Below are positions 24,901 through 34,535 of a stretch of DNA of 62,395 bases, one piece after another. The notes beneath the pieces are model-generated. The model was not told where the DNA came from and did not search any database. It saw only the letters and a program-made list of their open reading frames with translations. The translations under genes were made by a program, and so were the position numbers. Numbering within the stretch: position 1 is the first letter of the stretch; each line of letters starts with the position of its first letter. This DNA is from Candidatus Hydrothermota bacterium (GTDB lineage Bacteria > Hydrothermota > Hydrothermia > B15-G9 > DRBW01). The stretch covers positions 1-62,395 of the forward strand of contig JAGGUL010000038.1 of assembly GCA_021158525.1 (NCBI GenBank), read 5' to 3'.

Positions 24901-24999
24901 GGGTACGCCTTTGAGGGGAACGACGGTGTCGGGCCAGACCTTTGTCAGGGAGTCAGATTTAAAGGAAATTGCAAGAAAGAGGAAGAAAAACGCCGACAT
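21967..24999 (-). CDS. 1010-aa secreted, beta-rich protein of unknown function (probable outer-membrane protein)
   Basis: Signal-like MSAFFFLFLAISF. Alternating hydrophobic/polar beta-strand pattern with many Y/G/R/S throughout and an aromatic C-terminal residue (..SLNLLF). No recognised catalytic motif. Confidence 0.75.
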   Translation of the reverse strand: MSAFFFLFLAISFKSDSLTKVWPDTVVPLKGVPLLSSINAVKGKNRWEKLEVRRDTLYLKGLSPGDTLRVSYLYVPSPRSFTLFKPINEGAATSTYRFQSEGKKSGGLRLRGSKNLSLSLTEGSDVRFDQSTYIEVSGITPGGLSVRGVLQDRDIGQDPYFTKEVSQIDKTYLSAEKGGFKLRLGDTGYILGENYIKTKGISLGYKTDRYELRGVYGFEKGKFRSVTFAGETGKQGPYFLGESGIHIVPGSEKVYLNGVLLKRGREKDYYVDYETGSITFTPKRPISSRDRITVEFQYRGQLGRRYIRALEATYRMGLLRLFGRYSEAGDDRNYLKDYLSDEDLCILDSIGDTCSVIYVSGAQYVGQGEGDYVKEADHFQFVGQGNGDYRVRFTYFGPGEGNYTYDDDAGKYVYLGSGQGEYLPLVAIEVPGSKANYEMGLELQGNLFTSLLRLNLSEVDRNIFSSRDDDDNFGKSYDFKLEKKVQLGLGEMNLELEALYRDSTFSPPLVAPEPLFEKKWGVDFRDYTRFVEDRFSMSYRGNNGIRTSVSIGRLSLGISESRRGSFSLGWTLDRLSLSLGTELIRAKNPDRGLKRFSGTLAYRNILTPFFSFEIEKGNTSSLFFKGGFRSDLLLSPSVVGTYIDRDGEKTYQVTLALSESKPRGLSLESRMTLTRRSGDTLREFTFMSWNSLRYSSDEFHVDLTSTLSRTGRRRWVQKYLYVGPGRGNFSYDTTTSSFYENPQGDYVKTSIILDEVSPGYSSENSLFLEIDGGKAGNLSLDARLNFGFAELGQIDRTGKWSNPSYRLEVDWARWLGKGAGSGISGWTSRSVFGDDPQKLHSDEDNLTLWFSPSSRIRAGFRYSNSREMRGQKVYSLNSSRFVFLERSLTPLKNLRLKLGIEGGTREKQLPLPSQEEKTFKTTESSLYAETKINVKAFDIKTMGKVIYGFTREALPSTPLLYPLCEGLNAEGRISITRKMGKNSSLSLRSNFSTMPASPPGCASLSLNLLF

Positions 25000-25174
25000 C
25001 TTCTATCTATCATAGGTCGCTTTCACCTCCGGGTCAAGGAGCTGTTTTCCTGCAGGGTCAAAAAGCATTTTAATCTCAGGAAAAGTCATCCTGCACCGGG
25101 GGTTGGTAGAGAGGTTTTTTATCGAAATTAGGCTTGACAAAAGTGAGGTTTCCTCGTCATATTTAGGACTTCCG

Positions 25175-26155
25175 ATGGCTTTCGAAAAGGTTGACCTCGA
25201 TAAGATCAGGAAGGGCGTGAGGATAACATTTGTACTGTTCGCTCTCATCTCCGCCGCCCTCCTCGCGTTTACCGTTCAGAAAAAGACGTTGCCGGCCCTC
25301 AGGTCCTCGAACCCCCTGGGTCTACTTTTAGCCCTCTTTTTCTGGGGACTTTACATCTCCTTCGACACTCTCAGGTTGAAATTTCTGGCAGTCGCCATGG
25401 GCAGGAAGATCAGCTTTTTCAGGACATTGCAGGTTATAACGAGCGGCATCTTCCTCGCAGCCGTCACTCCCTTTCAGGTGAGCGGATTGCCCCTGCAGAT
25501 TTTTATCCTGAACAGGAGCGGATTGAGCGTAGGCGAGGCCACGGCTCTCCTCATATCCAGAGGCATAACCCAGTATTTTTTCATATTGCTGCTCCTCCCC
25601 TTTGCGGTCAGGATAATCGGGGAATCGGTGGGATTTTTGATCCGGGCCCTCGCGGTTTACATAGCTCTTTTGCTAGTAGCCGGTATCGCCTTTTACCTGC
25701 TGGCCGTGTGGAAGCCCCAGGTGGCGGTCAGGATTATCCCTCGGAGGTGGAAAAGGACACGGGAGAAATTCCTTGAGGAGATAGTCAAGCTCAGGGAGAG
25801 CTTTTTCATACTGCTCAGAGGGCGAAGATCCCTTCCCATCGCCCTCGCCATGCTGTCGTCTCTCCTTTCCCTTTTGTTTTACCTCTCCATGATCCCCTCG
25901 CTTCTTTTCGGACTGGGGCTCGATCCGAGGCCCCAGCTCTCCATGGCCATACAGGTGATATTTCAGGCGACACTCCTCTACACTCCCACGCCGGGAGGAG
26001 CGGGTATCGCCGAAGCTGCAGGGGCGGCTCTCTACTCTCTCGTCTGTCCCAAGTACCTTCTCGGCGTCTTCATAATTCTCTGGAGGTTCTTCACCATTTA
26101 CATCACTGCCTTTCTTGGTGCATACTTTTTCATCAAAGCCACGAGGGAAGTTTGA
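25175..26155 (+). CDS. UPF0104 / lysyl-PG-synthase-TM-like (flippase-like) membrane protein
   Basis: ORF 25103..26155 trimmed to ATG 25175 (MAFEKVDLDKIRKG). Multi-TM. Conserved LYTPTPGGAGIAEAA motif. TTGACA-18 nt-CATATT promoter at 25134-25163. Confidence 0.75.
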   Translation: MAFEKVDLDKIRKGVRITFVLFALISAALLAFTVQKKTLPALRSSNPLGLLLALFFWGLYISFDTLRLKFLAVAMGRKISFFRTLQVITSGIFLAAVTPFQVSGLPLQIFILNRSGLSVGEATALLISRGITQYFFILLLLPFAVRIIGESVGFLIRALAVYIALLLVAGIAFYLLAVWKPQVAVRIIPRRWKRTREKFLEEIVKLRESFFILLRGRRSLPIALAMLSSLLSLLFYLSMIPSLLFGLGLDPRPQLSMAIQVIFQATLLYTPTPGGAGIAEAAGAALYSLVCPKYLLGVFIILWRFFTIYITAFLGAYFFIKATREV

Positions 26156-26686
26156 ATGAAGATAGTGCTCGTCTCGCTCGACTTCAAAGATCTGGGCGCT
26201 TTTTCTGCCGTGCGAGGTTTTCTTCAGGACAGATTCGATGCCTCCCTCGAATCCCTGGTGCTGCCGGTGCCGGAGAGAGCCTTCAACCCATTGCGCAGCC
26301 AGTATCACGCGGGAGTCATAGTTCAGGAGCTCCTGAATAAGGTAAGAAAGGGGGAATATCTGATCGCGCTGGTCAGCGGAGATCTCTATGTGGATGGGTT
26401 CAACTTCGTCTTTGGACTCGCGGATCCTTCCTACAGAGTAGCGGTTGTGTCGGATGCGAGGCTCAGGCAGGAGTTCTACGGATTACCGCCGGACAGAGAA
26501 CTTCACCTGTCCCGCTTTAAAAAGGAGGTCCTGCACGAATTGGGGCACCTCCTTGGATTGCCTCACTGCCCTGATGCCCGGTGTGTCATGCATTTTTCCA
26601 ACACCCTGGAGGATACCGACAGGAAAGAGGCTGAATTCTGTGATTCCTGCCGGGCTAAGATTCTGCCTTATCTTCGGAAAGACTGA
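26156..26686 (+). CDS. archaemetzincin-like Zn metalloprotease (peptidase M54)
   Basis: HELGHLLGLPHCPDARCVMHFSNTLEDTDRKEAEFCDSC is the HExxHxxGxxHC...CxxC archaemetzincin signature. Confidence 0.85.
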   Translation: MKIVLVSLDFKDLGAFSAVRGFLQDRFDASLESLVLPVPERAFNPLRSQYHAGVIVQELLNKVRKGEYLIALVSGDLYVDGFNFVFGLADPSYRVAVVSDARLRQEFYGLPPDRELHLSRFKKEVLHELGHLLGLPHCPDARCVMHFSNTLEDTDRKEAEFCDSCRAKILPYLRKD

Positions 26687-28538
26687 CCGATCCCGCCGCT
26701 TTTTCCTTTTTCTTGAAGCCCAGGATTTCGTCGATCTCGTCCTTGTCGAGGGTTTCCTTCTGAAGCAGGGCTTCAGCCAGCGTATGGAGCTTGTCTATGT
26801 TTTTTGTCAGGATCTCCCGCGCCTTGGACTCGGCTTCCCTCACAATTCTGCTGATTTCCTCGTCGATGAGCCTGGCGATCTCCTCGGAATAGACCCTCTT
26901 CAGTCCGAGCTCTCTTCCCAGGAAGACTTCGTGCTCGACCTTGCCGAAGGTAGCCGGCCCGAGCTTCTCCGACATGCCCCATTCACAGACCATTTTCCTG
27001 GCGAGTTCCGTAGCCTTTTCCAGGTCGTCGGCGGCGCCGGTCGATCCCTCGCCCAGGACGAGCTCTTCGGCGACCCTGCCCCCGAGTAAGACGGCCAGCT
27101 GGTTGAGCACGTAGCTCTTTTTGTAGATGTGCCTGTCGCTCAGGGGGAGCTGTTGGGTTGCTCCCAGTGCCATCCCGCGCGGTATTATGGTTACCTTGTG
27201 GATCGGATCTGTTCCGGGCAGGAATTTCGATACCATGACGTGGCCGGCCTCGTGATAGGCGATCTCCTTTTTCTCATCTTCGGAGAGGACCATGCTTTTC
27301 CTGGCTATCCCGAGGATAACCTTGTCCTTGGCTTCCTCGAAGTCAGCCATTTTCACCTCAGATCTTCCGGCCCTGGCCGCGAGGAGGGCAGCCTCATTCA
27401 CGAGGTTTGCCAGGTCGGCGCCGGAGAAGCCGGGAGTGCTTCTGGCTATGGTCTCGAGGTCAACGTCGTCGGCGAGGGGCACGTTTCTGGCATGGATCTT
27501 CAGGATTGCCTCCCGGCCCTTAACGTCGGGTCTGTCCACGACTATCCTTCTGTCGAAACGGCCGGGGCGGAGCAGAGCGGGATCCAGGATGTCGGGCCTG
27601 TTGGTGGCGGCCATGACGACTATTCCCTCGGAGGTGTCGAAGCCGTCCATCTCCACGAGGAGCTGATTCAGCGTCTGCTCACGCTCATCGTGGCCACCTC
27701 CGAGCCCAGCGCCGCGGAGCCTGCCCACAGCGTCTATCTCATCGATAAAAACTATACACGGGGCATGTTGTTTGGCCTGCTCGAATAGGTCTCTGACCCT
27801 GGCAGCGCCGACCCCCACGAAGAGCTCTACGAAATCGGAACCCGAAATGGAGAGGAATGGGACCCCCGCTTCTCCGGCCACTGCTCTGGCGAGTAGTGTC
27901 TTCCCTGTGCCGGGCGGACCGAGAAGAAGGACTCCTTTTGGAATTCTCGCACCGAGCCTCCTGAATTTCTCGGGATTCTTCAGGAACTCAATGACCTCCT
28001 TTAATTCCTCCTTGGCTTCCTCCACTCCTGCCACGTCCTCAAAGGTTACCTTTGGCCTGTCTTCCTGGAGGACCTTGACCCTGCTCTTTCCGAAAGAAAA
28101 AGCCCTGTTAGAGCCCGATTGAAATTGTCGGGCCATAAAGATCCAGAAAAGAACCAGCAGTATCAGCCAGGGAAGATATCCCAGGGCGATCTCCCAGAAG
28201 ACCTGTTTTTTCTTGGATACCACCACCACGCCCTTCTGGACCATCTCCCTCACCAGGTCGGGGTCCTCGTAGGGCAGGTAGGTTTTGAACCTGAGGACAG
28301 GCTCTCCCTCGACCGAGATCTGATCCTTAAAAAGTCCCTTTATTTCCTTCTCCACTATGGTCACCCTGTCAACGTTGCCCCGGTCGAGTTCCTTTTTGAA
28401 CTCCGAGAAGGAGATGGTTCTCTCTCCGCCTCCAGTGTTCAAGAACTGAAGCAACATAAGTGCCCCGAGAAACAAAAGGAGCCAGACCCCCAGGGTTCTG
28501 AAAAGGTCTTTTTTTGAACTGTCCTTCTTTTCCTTCAT
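26655..28538 (-). CDS. ftsH: ATP-dependent zinc metalloprotease FtsH
   Basis: Walker [55 protein letters not shown] zinc site. 627 aa. Confidence 0.95.
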   Translation of the reverse strand: MKEKKDSSKKDLFRTLGVWLLLFLGALMLLQFLNTGGGERTISFSEFKKELDRGNVDRVTIVEKEIKGLFKDQISVEGEPVLRFKTYLPYEDPDLVREMVQKGVVVVSKKKQVFWEIALGYLPWLILLVLFWIFMARQFQSGSNRAFSFGKSRVKVLQEDRPKVTFEDVAGVEEAKEELKEVIEFLKNPEKFRRLGARIPKGVLLLGPPGTGKTLLARAVAGEAGVPFLSISGSDFVELFVGVGAARVRDLFEQAKQHAPCIVFIDEIDAVGRLRGAGLGGGHDEREQTLNQLLVEMDGFDTSEGIVVMAATNRPDILDPALLRPGRFDRRIVVDRPDVKGREAILKIHARNVPLADDVDLETIARSTPGFSGADLANLVNEAALLAARAGRSEVKMADFEEAKDKVILGIARKSMVLSEDEKKEIAYHEAGHVMVSKFLPGTDPIHKVTIIPRGMALGATQQLPLSDRHIYKKSYVLNQLAVLLGGRVAEELVLGEGSTGAADDLEKATELARKMVCEWGMSEKLGPATFGKVEHEVFLGRELGLKRVYSEEIARLIDEEISRIVREAESKAREILTKNIDKLHTLAEALLQKETLDKDEIDEILGFKKKEKAAGSVSLSEDKAES

Positions 28539-29077
28539 CCTCCTTTCACCTCTTCCGGGCTTAAGGCCCGGATGTATTTTAATCCTCTGAATTTTTCGGC
28601 ATAATCAAGCCCATATCCCACCAGGAACAGATCGGGAACCTCAAAGCCCACGTATTTTACGGGCACTTCGACCTTTCTTCTCTCTTTTTTGTCGAGAAGA
28701 ACGCAGATCTCAAGGCTCCTCGGGTTCCTGGACAGGAGGAGATTATATAGATATCTCAAAGTGAGACCGGTGTCAACTATGTCTTCGACCAGAAGGACAT
28801 CTCTGTCAGTTATGTTCTGGTTAAGGTCCTTTATGATCTTGACGATCCCCGTGGACTCCGTTGAATGCCCGTAGCTGGAAGTGGCGATGAAATCTACTTC
28901 CACCGGCAGATCCATCTCCCGGATGAGATCGGCGAGGAAAACGAAGGCTCCTTTCAGAATGCCGACGAGCAGGGGTGATCTGCCTTTATAATCGGCGTTT
29001 ATCCTGGCGGCCAGCTCTCTGACCTTTGCCCTGATTTCTTCCTCAGATATCATAAATCCAGAAGGCACGGGGGTCAT
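28535..29077 (-). CDS. hpt: hypoxanthine-guanine phosphoribosyltransferase
   Basis: LLVGILKGAFVFLADL...VLLVEDIVDTGLTL...VGFEVPDLFLVGYGLDYAEKFR. In the tilS-hpt-ftsH order. Confidence 0.92.
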   Translation of the reverse strand: MTPVPSGFMISEEEIRAKVRELAARINADYKGRSPLLVGILKGAFVFLADLIREMDLPVEVDFIATSSYGHSTESTGIVKIIKDLNQNITDRDVLLVEDIVDTGLTLRYLYNLLLSRNPRSLEICVLLDKKERRKVEVPVKYVGFEVPDLFLVGYGLDYAEKFRGLKYIRALSPEEVKGG

Positions 29078-30401
29078 TTTTCCTAACCTCCATTTTGATG
29101 TAAGGCCCTTTTTCCCTGTCGGGCCTCCAGGCCTTTTGAATGCCTGCGACCCAGATTATGCCCTTACCGTCCTCGACCACGGGGATCAGGTCCCTCCTCC
29201 ATCTCGGGACCTTCCTGTCGATGAAAAGGTCCTTCAATTTCTTGGTACCTGCCTTCGTCCTGATACGATCGCCTTTTTTCCTTCTCCTCACCAGGAAAGG
29301 AGGTTCCACCTGGTTGCTCCCAAAGTATACAGTAAAAAGTGTGTTTTTTCCCCTTTTTTGGGCTTTTTCGATGGTGAGAAGGGTGTTTATCTCGGGAAGC
29401 TCACAGACTCCGATCTCGAGTTTGCATGTCTTCTCGAGGGCTTTTTCGTTCCTGTAGAACCTGACCTCTCCCATTGAGATTTCAGCTTTTAGCCCTTCCG
29501 TGAAGCTGATTCGCCCTTCTTTGTCGAGAAGTTTGATCAGATCTTTTATCGGCCTGTGGCCGGATCCCGTGAGCTCGTGAAGGGCCCATCGAACCACAAC
29601 GGGTTCGGCCTCCTTCAGGATCTCGCGATCGAGCAAAATCTCATCGGGGAAGGAGGCCTTTTTAGCCCTCTCTATGAGTTCTCGTGCGAGAGATTTCAGG
29701 AAATCCGCTTCCTCCTGAAGGAGAAAGGAAGCTTCCGAAACTCTCCTTTCGAAGTCCCCGAATCTCTCTTTGAGGAGGGCGAAGACCCTGTTTCTCAAAA
29801 AGTTTCTGTTATACATGATGTTCAGGTTTGTCCTGTCCACCCTGTAGGGAATTCGGCTGGCATCGAGGTAGTTGAGGATCTCCTCCCTCGAGATAGTTAC
29901 GAGTGGACGTATGATTTTGCCCCTCCTGGGCCTGATGCCCGAGATCCCGGTGAGATCGCTTCCCCTGAGCAGGTTGAGAAACACCGTTTCAGCGTTGTCG
30001 GACAGGGTGTGCCCAGTGGCGATCAGGTCCCCCTTCCATTTTTTGAGTGCGCGTTCCAGAAATTCGTACCGCAGCTTTCTAGCGGCATCCTCGAGGTTGA
30101 GCTTTTCTTTCTTCGAATATTCGAGCACGTTTTTTTTCTCGGTGAAGAAAGGAAGGCCGTGTTCGGCGGCCAGTTCCGCCGCGAACTCCTCGTCGGCATC
30201 GGATTCCTCGCCTCGGAGCATGTGGTTGAAATGGGCAACCGCCAGCTCGAGCCCGTACTTTTCTTTCAGCTCCAGAAGCGAAAGGAGGAGGAAAACCGAA
30301 TCGGGTCCTCCCGACACAGCGACGAGGATCCTATCGCCGCTTTTGAAGAGCGAGAATTCCCTGCGAGCTCGCTCGATTTTTTCGAGGAGATCCCGGAACA
30401 T
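29043..30401 (-). CDS. tilS: tRNA(Ile)-lysidine synthase
   Basis: PP-loop ILVAVSGGPDSVFLL, HFNHMLRGEESD, ATGHTLSDNAETVFLNLLRG. Confidence 0.9.
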   Translation of the reverse strand: MFRDLLEKIERARREFSLFKSGDRILVAVSGGPDSVFLLLSLLELKEKYGLELAVAHFNHMLRGEESDADEEFAAELAAEHGLPFFTEKKNVLEYSKKEKLNLEDAARKLRYEFLERALKKWKGDLIATGHTLSDNAETVFLNLLRGSDLTGISGIRPRRGKIIRPLVTISREEILNYLDASRIPYRVDRTNLNIMYNRNFLRNRVFALLKERFGDFERRVSEASFLLQEEADFLKSLARELIERAKKASFPDEILLDREILKEAEPVVVRWALHELTGSGHRPIKDLIKLLDKEGRISFTEGLKAEISMGEVRFYRNEKALEKTCKLEIGVCELPEINTLLTIEKAQKRGKNTLFTVYFGSNQVEPPFLVRRRKKGDRIRTKAGTKKLKDLFIDRKVPRWRRDLIPVVEDGKGIIWVAGIQKAWRPDREKGPYIKMEVRKNDPRAFWIYDI

Positions 30402-30443
30402 TCAGGTAAAACTCGGGAAGGTTAAAAGATTGCGCATCGCAGT

Positions 30444-31709
30444 TTAGGAGGCTATTATCTGTTCACGCTCTTTCCCGACCGAGATGTAGGTGATCGGTAT
30501 CTTCAGAGAGTCTTCTATGAAATCCAGGTATTCTTTCGCTTCCGGGGGGAGGTCTTCGCGCCTCCTTACGGAGCTTATTTCGCCCCAGCCCTTGAATTCC
30601 ACGTAATTGACCTGAACGCCGTACCAGTCCGACAGGTCAAGGGGAGGATAGAGAAGTTCTTTCCCGCCGAGGGAATAGCTTCGGGCCACCTTCACGACTT
30701 TCGTTCCTGCCAGTGAATCGAGCTTGGTAATGGCAAGCTCGCTTGCACCGTTTATCCAGACGGAAAACCTGAGGGCGACTAAGTCGAGCCATCCGCACCT
30801 TCTGGGTCTGCCCGTTGTCGCTCCGTATTCCCCTCCCTTTTCCCTGAGGTGTTCACCCTCGGGCCCCTTCAATTCCGTCGGAAAAGGGCCCTTCCCCACC
30901 CGTGTCGTGTATGCTTTGGTGACCCCTATGATCCTTTCGATCGCCCTGGGCGGCACTCCGGCGCCCACCGATGCCCCTCCGGAAATGGTGTGGGATGAGG
31001 TCACAAAGGGGTAGGTGCCGAAGTTTATATCGAGGAAACTGCCCTGTGCGCCTTCGAGGAGGATATGTTTTCCCTTCCTGTTTTCCTCGAGGAGAAAGAC
31101 GGATACGTCTCTGATGAAGGGCGCGATCCGGTCGCCGAATTCCCTGAGGTCCTCGTGGATCTCCTTAAAGTCAAAGGGGGGCTTTCCATACCTGGCGCCG
31201 AGCACCTGATTGTTGAAGTCGAGGCTCTGCCTGAGCCGCTCCTCGAGATTTCTGGGAGAAAGCAGGTCAACTGCTCTGAGGCCGATTCTGTAGTAACGGT
31301 CCCTGTAGGCCGGGCCTATTCCCTTCTTCGTGGTCCCGATGCCCCCCATCAGCTCTTCCTCCCATCGGTCTTCGGCTTTGTGATAGGGGAGCACGAGTTG
31401 AGCCCTGCCGTCGATCCAGAACCTGCCCTCCAGGGGAGCGGACAATTTCCCCACTTCCTCCATTTCCTTAATCAAGATATCGGGGTCAATGGCGACGCCG
31501 GCCGCTATGGCACCCGTCACCTGTGGCCTCAATAGGCCAGAGGGTATCATGTGGAAGATGAACTCCCTTCCACCGACGGATACAGTATGTCCCGCGTTGG
31601 CACCTCCTTGAAACCTCACGACCACGTCGTGTTTCTCCCCGAGATAATCGACGATTTTGCCCTTGCCCTCATCGCCCCATTGCAGACCTATAACGGCAGT
31701 AAAGCTCAT
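30444..31709 (-). CDS. purA: adenylosuccinate synthase
   Basis: GLQWGDEGKGKIVD, GGANAGHTV, GTTKKGIGPAY, GATTGRPRRCGWLD. Confidence 0.95.
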   Translation of the reverse strand: MSFTAVIGLQWGDEGKGKIVDYLGEKHDVVVRFQGGANAGHTVSVGGREFIFHMIPSGLLRPQVTGAIAAGVAIDPDILIKEMEEVGKLSAPLEGRFWIDGRAQLVLPYHKAEDRWEEELMGGIGTTKKGIGPAYRDRYYRIGLRAVDLLSPRNLEERLRQSLDFNNQVLGARYGKPPFDFKEIHEDLREFGDRIAPFIRDVSVFLLEENRKGKHILLEGAQGSFLDINFGTYPFVTSSHTISGGASVGAGVPPRAIERIIGVTKAYTTRVGKGPFPTELKGPEGEHLREKGGEYGATTGRPRRCGWLDLVALRFSVWINGASELAITKLDSLAGTKVVKVARSYSLGGKELLYPPLDLSDWYGVQVNYVEFKGWGEISSVRRREDLPPEAKEYLDFIEDSLKIPITYISVGKEREQIIAS

Positions 31710-33499
31710 TTTTCCCTGATCTCCTTGGAGGGCTTTTCGAAGAGGAACCTCTTGATCTTTCTCGTGGTTGTCTTGGGGAACTCCTCCTCCCTGAGGGTTA
31801 TTCTGCGGGGCCTCTTGTAAGGAGCGAGCCTCCGGGACAGTCTCGTCACTTCCTGGGATATCAGGGCCAGGACGTCATCCTCGGAGGGATTTGATATGCC
31901 CTTTTCGGAGAAATAACTGTCGACCTTTTCGTAGTTCGGATAAACGATGGCCTGAATCTCTTCGTCTCCGGATGTGGGGTTTATGCCCTTCAGGACGAGT
32001 ACCTCCTCTATGTAAGGCGATTGCAGGAGGACGTTCTCGACTTCCTCAGGGTATATGTTTTTCCCGCCCCTCGTTACTATGACAGACTTTTTCCTTCCGG
32101 TTATGTAGAGGAAACCCTCTTCGTCGATATAGCCGAGGTCACCGGTCAGAAGCCAGCCGTCCTCCGTGAGGACTTCTCTCGTGGCCTCTTCGTTCTTGTA
32201 ATACCCTTTCATAACGTTGGGCCCCTTCGCGGCGATCTCACCGATCCCGTTGTCGTCGGGATTGAATATCTTGATTTCGACATATGGTATGGGCAGTCCC
32301 ACCGATGCGAGCTTCGGTCTGGAAGGCGGTGTGAGGGTCAAAACCGGTGAAGTTTCAGAGAGCCCGTAGCCCTGAAGGAGGGGAAAGCCAAGTTCTCTCA
32401 TGCCCTTGCCCACCCAAACAGGAAGGGCTGCTCCCCCGGAGACCATATATCGCAGGTTGCCGAACCCCATTTTGTCGCGGACGCTCTTGAAGAGTATCCT
32501 GGGCGAGGCATCGCTTAAGAGAGGTTTCAGGGCCTTTGAGGCCCCTTTCAAGAGGTAAAAGAAGGATTTTTTGACCGGTGAGGCCTTTCTTATCTCCCTA
32601 TAAAGGCCTCCGAGTATCTTCTCCAACAGAAGCGGCACGACGAGCATCACCGTGGGCTTGCAGTGTATGAGATCCTCTCTGAGGTCCCTGGGCTTAAGTG
32701 ACCTTGCGTAGACTATAGCAGCACCACCGTAAAGGGGGGTGAGGAAACCGGCCGTTGCCTCGAAGACGTGATGCACGGGAAGGACTGAGAAAAATTTATC
32801 CCCGGGCCCGTAATAGATGCACTGATATACGGCGTCGACGTTGGACATGATGTTCTTATGGGTGAGCATCACTCCCTTGGAGGTACCCGTGGTCCCGGAC
32901 GTGTAGAGTATGACGGCGAGGTCCTCCAGTGTCGTGTCCGGCCTGGGAGCTCCCTTTTTGTACCTTTCCAGGATAGATCCCAGTGACTCGGCCTCGCCGT
33001 TGTCGTCGATCGATATCACGTGTTTCAGCGTCTTGAGGTCTTCCTTGATATCGAGAAAGTCGGAGACCATTTTGCCCGAGGATATGACGACTTTAACCTC
33101 GGCGTCCTGGATGATGTGTTTCCACTCGTGAACCGTGAGTTTGGGGTCGAGAGGCACAGCCACGCCCCCCGCCCAGTGGATGGCCAGATAGGCCATGGCC
33201 CACTCTGGGCGGTTTTCACCGACCACGGAAGCCCTGTCTCCCTTTTTGAGTCCGAGGTCTTTCAGCCTCAGGGCGAGTCTCTTTACGATATCAAAGAGTT
33301 CTCCGTAAGTAAAGCGCCTGAATCCCTCTTTGCCCCTCATGCTGAGAGCAAGTTCGTCTCGATATGCTTCCGCACTTCGCTCCAGCATTTCGGGAATAGT
33401 CATCCAGCCGAGACCGCTTCTTTCTGTGGGGAATCTCATCCCTTCCTCCGTCGTTAACGTTGGCATATTAAAGGTTTGTCCTATGTCTGTCAAGCTCAC
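31706..33499 (-). CDS. AMP-dependent acyl-CoA synthetase (long-chain-fatty-acid--CoA ligase-like)
   Basis: AMP-binding motif ILYTSGTTGTSKGVMLTHKN, GYGLSETSP, TGDLGYIDEEGFLYITGRKK. Confidence 0.9.
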   Translation of the reverse strand: MSLTDIGQTFNMPTLTTEEGMRFPTERSGLGWMTIPEMLERSAEAYRDELALSMRGKEGFRRFTYGELFDIVKRLALRLKDLGLKKGDRASVVGENRPEWAMAYLAIHWAGGVAVPLDPKLTVHEWKHIIQDAEVKVVISSGKMVSDFLDIKEDLKTLKHVISIDDNGEAESLGSILERYKKGAPRPDTTLEDLAVILYTSGTTGTSKGVMLTHKNIMSNVDAVYQCIYYGPGDKFFSVLPVHHVFEATAGFLTPLYGGAAIVYARSLKPRDLREDLIHCKPTVMLVVPLLLEKILGGLYREIRKASPVKKSFFYLLKGASKALKPLLSDASPRILFKSVRDKMGFGNLRYMVSGGAALPVWVGKGMRELGFPLLQGYGLSETSPVLTLTPPSRPKLASVGLPIPYVEIKIFNPDDNGIGEIAAKGPNVMKGYYKNEEATREVLTEDGWLLTGDLGYIDEEGFLYITGRKKSVIVTRGGKNIYPEEVENVLLQSPYIEEVLVLKGINPTSGDEEIQAIVYPNYEKVDSYFSEKGISNPSEDDVLALISQEVTRLSRRLAPYKRPRRITLREEEFPKTTTRKIKRFLFEKPSKEIREK

Positions 33500-33578
33500 G
33501 GGAACTGGAGCGGTTGAGATAGTTTCTTTTTAACAATAGAATTAGAGGAACTCAAGGGAATCGAAAGGGGGAGATAAA

Positions 33579-34535
33579 ATGTTTGCCCTTTTTATAGTTC
33601 TGGTTCTATTAGGTGTTGCCGTTTATTTCGCCCTGAAAAAGACCTCAAGGGTTGTGATTACTGAGAAAAACGGCGAAGTCGTCACCGTCAGGAAGGTGGG
33701 GTTTTCGTCCGGTCTTGTTCTCGGGGTTCTCGGCGTCTTGATTCTCCTGTTGATTTTCTTCAGCATAAGGATCGTGCCCGTGGGACACGCGATGGTGAAG
33801 TTCAATGTGCTTACCAAGCGGTTTTCGCTTTCCCGGGAAGGTGTTACCTTCGTGCCCCCCGTTATCTACAAGACGTACATATACGACCTGAGAAGGCAGG
33901 AGTACACGATGTCCTCGAGGAAGGGCGAGGGAAAGAAGAAGAACATCGATGATTCCCTCTGGTCTCCTACCAAAGAGGGTCTGCAGGTTGGGATAGATCT
34001 GACGTGCTGGTACAGGATCAAGCCGGATAGCGTTATAAGCCTCCACAGGAGGATCGGGCCGGATTACGACGAGAAAGTCGTCAGGCCGGCTATCAGGTCC
34101 ATAGTTCGGCATGTTATCTCGGAGTACCCGATAATGGACGTTTATTCCGAAAAAAGGCGTTTGATTCAAGGGGAAATACTCCGCAGGGTCAGGGAATTGC
34201 TCGAGAAAGACGGCTTCATAATTGAGGAGATCGTTCTGAGGGACGTACATTTCACCCCTGACTTCAGCAAGGCAATAGAGGAAAAGCAGATAGCCCAGCA
34301 GGAGGCGGAAAGGATGAAGTATGTCCTCGAGAAGGAGAGAAAAGAGGCCGAGAGAAAGAAGATAGAGGCCGAGGGTACGGCAAGGGCCATAGAGATCGTC
34401 TCTAAACAGCTCAAAAAGAACCCAGAGTATATAAAGTACCTGTACGTCGACAAGCTTTCGGACAAGATCCAGGTCATAGTTTCCGATCAGAGCACGATAA
34501 TGAACCTGGGAGAGATCCTGAAGAAGGGGAAGTGA
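33579..34535 (+). CDS. SPFH/Band 7 (prohibitin/HflC-like) membrane protein
   Basis: N-terminal TM segments, SPFH core (IRIVPVGHAMVKFN...VRPAIRSIVRHVISEYPIMDVY), coiled E/K-rich tail. Confidence 0.85.
   Translation: MFALFIVLVLLGVAVYFALKKTSRVVITEKNGEVVTVRKVGFSSGLVLGVLGVLILLLIFFSIRIVPVGHAMVKFNVLTKRFSLSREGVTFVPPVIYKTYIYDLRRQEYTMSSRKGEGKKKNIDDSLWSPTKEGLQVGIDLTCWYRIKPDSVISLHRRIGPDYDEKVVRPAIRSIVRHVISEYPIMDVYSEKRRLIQGEILRRVRELLEKDGFIIEEIVLRDVHFTPDFSKAIEEKQIAQQEAERMKYVLEKERKEAERKKIEAEGTARAIEIVSKQLKKNPEYIKYLYVDKLSDKIQVIVSDQSTIMNLGEILKKGK

Noticed and set aside
25003-25248. 81-aa minus ORF, or its 28-aa C-terminal part MTFPEIKMLFDPAGKQLLDPEVKATYDR ending 3 nt before the 1010-aa gene
   Set aside because: The long version overlaps the start of the UPF0104 gene. 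The short version has only a weak SD and no independent support. It is kept in mind as possible translational coupling but not called.
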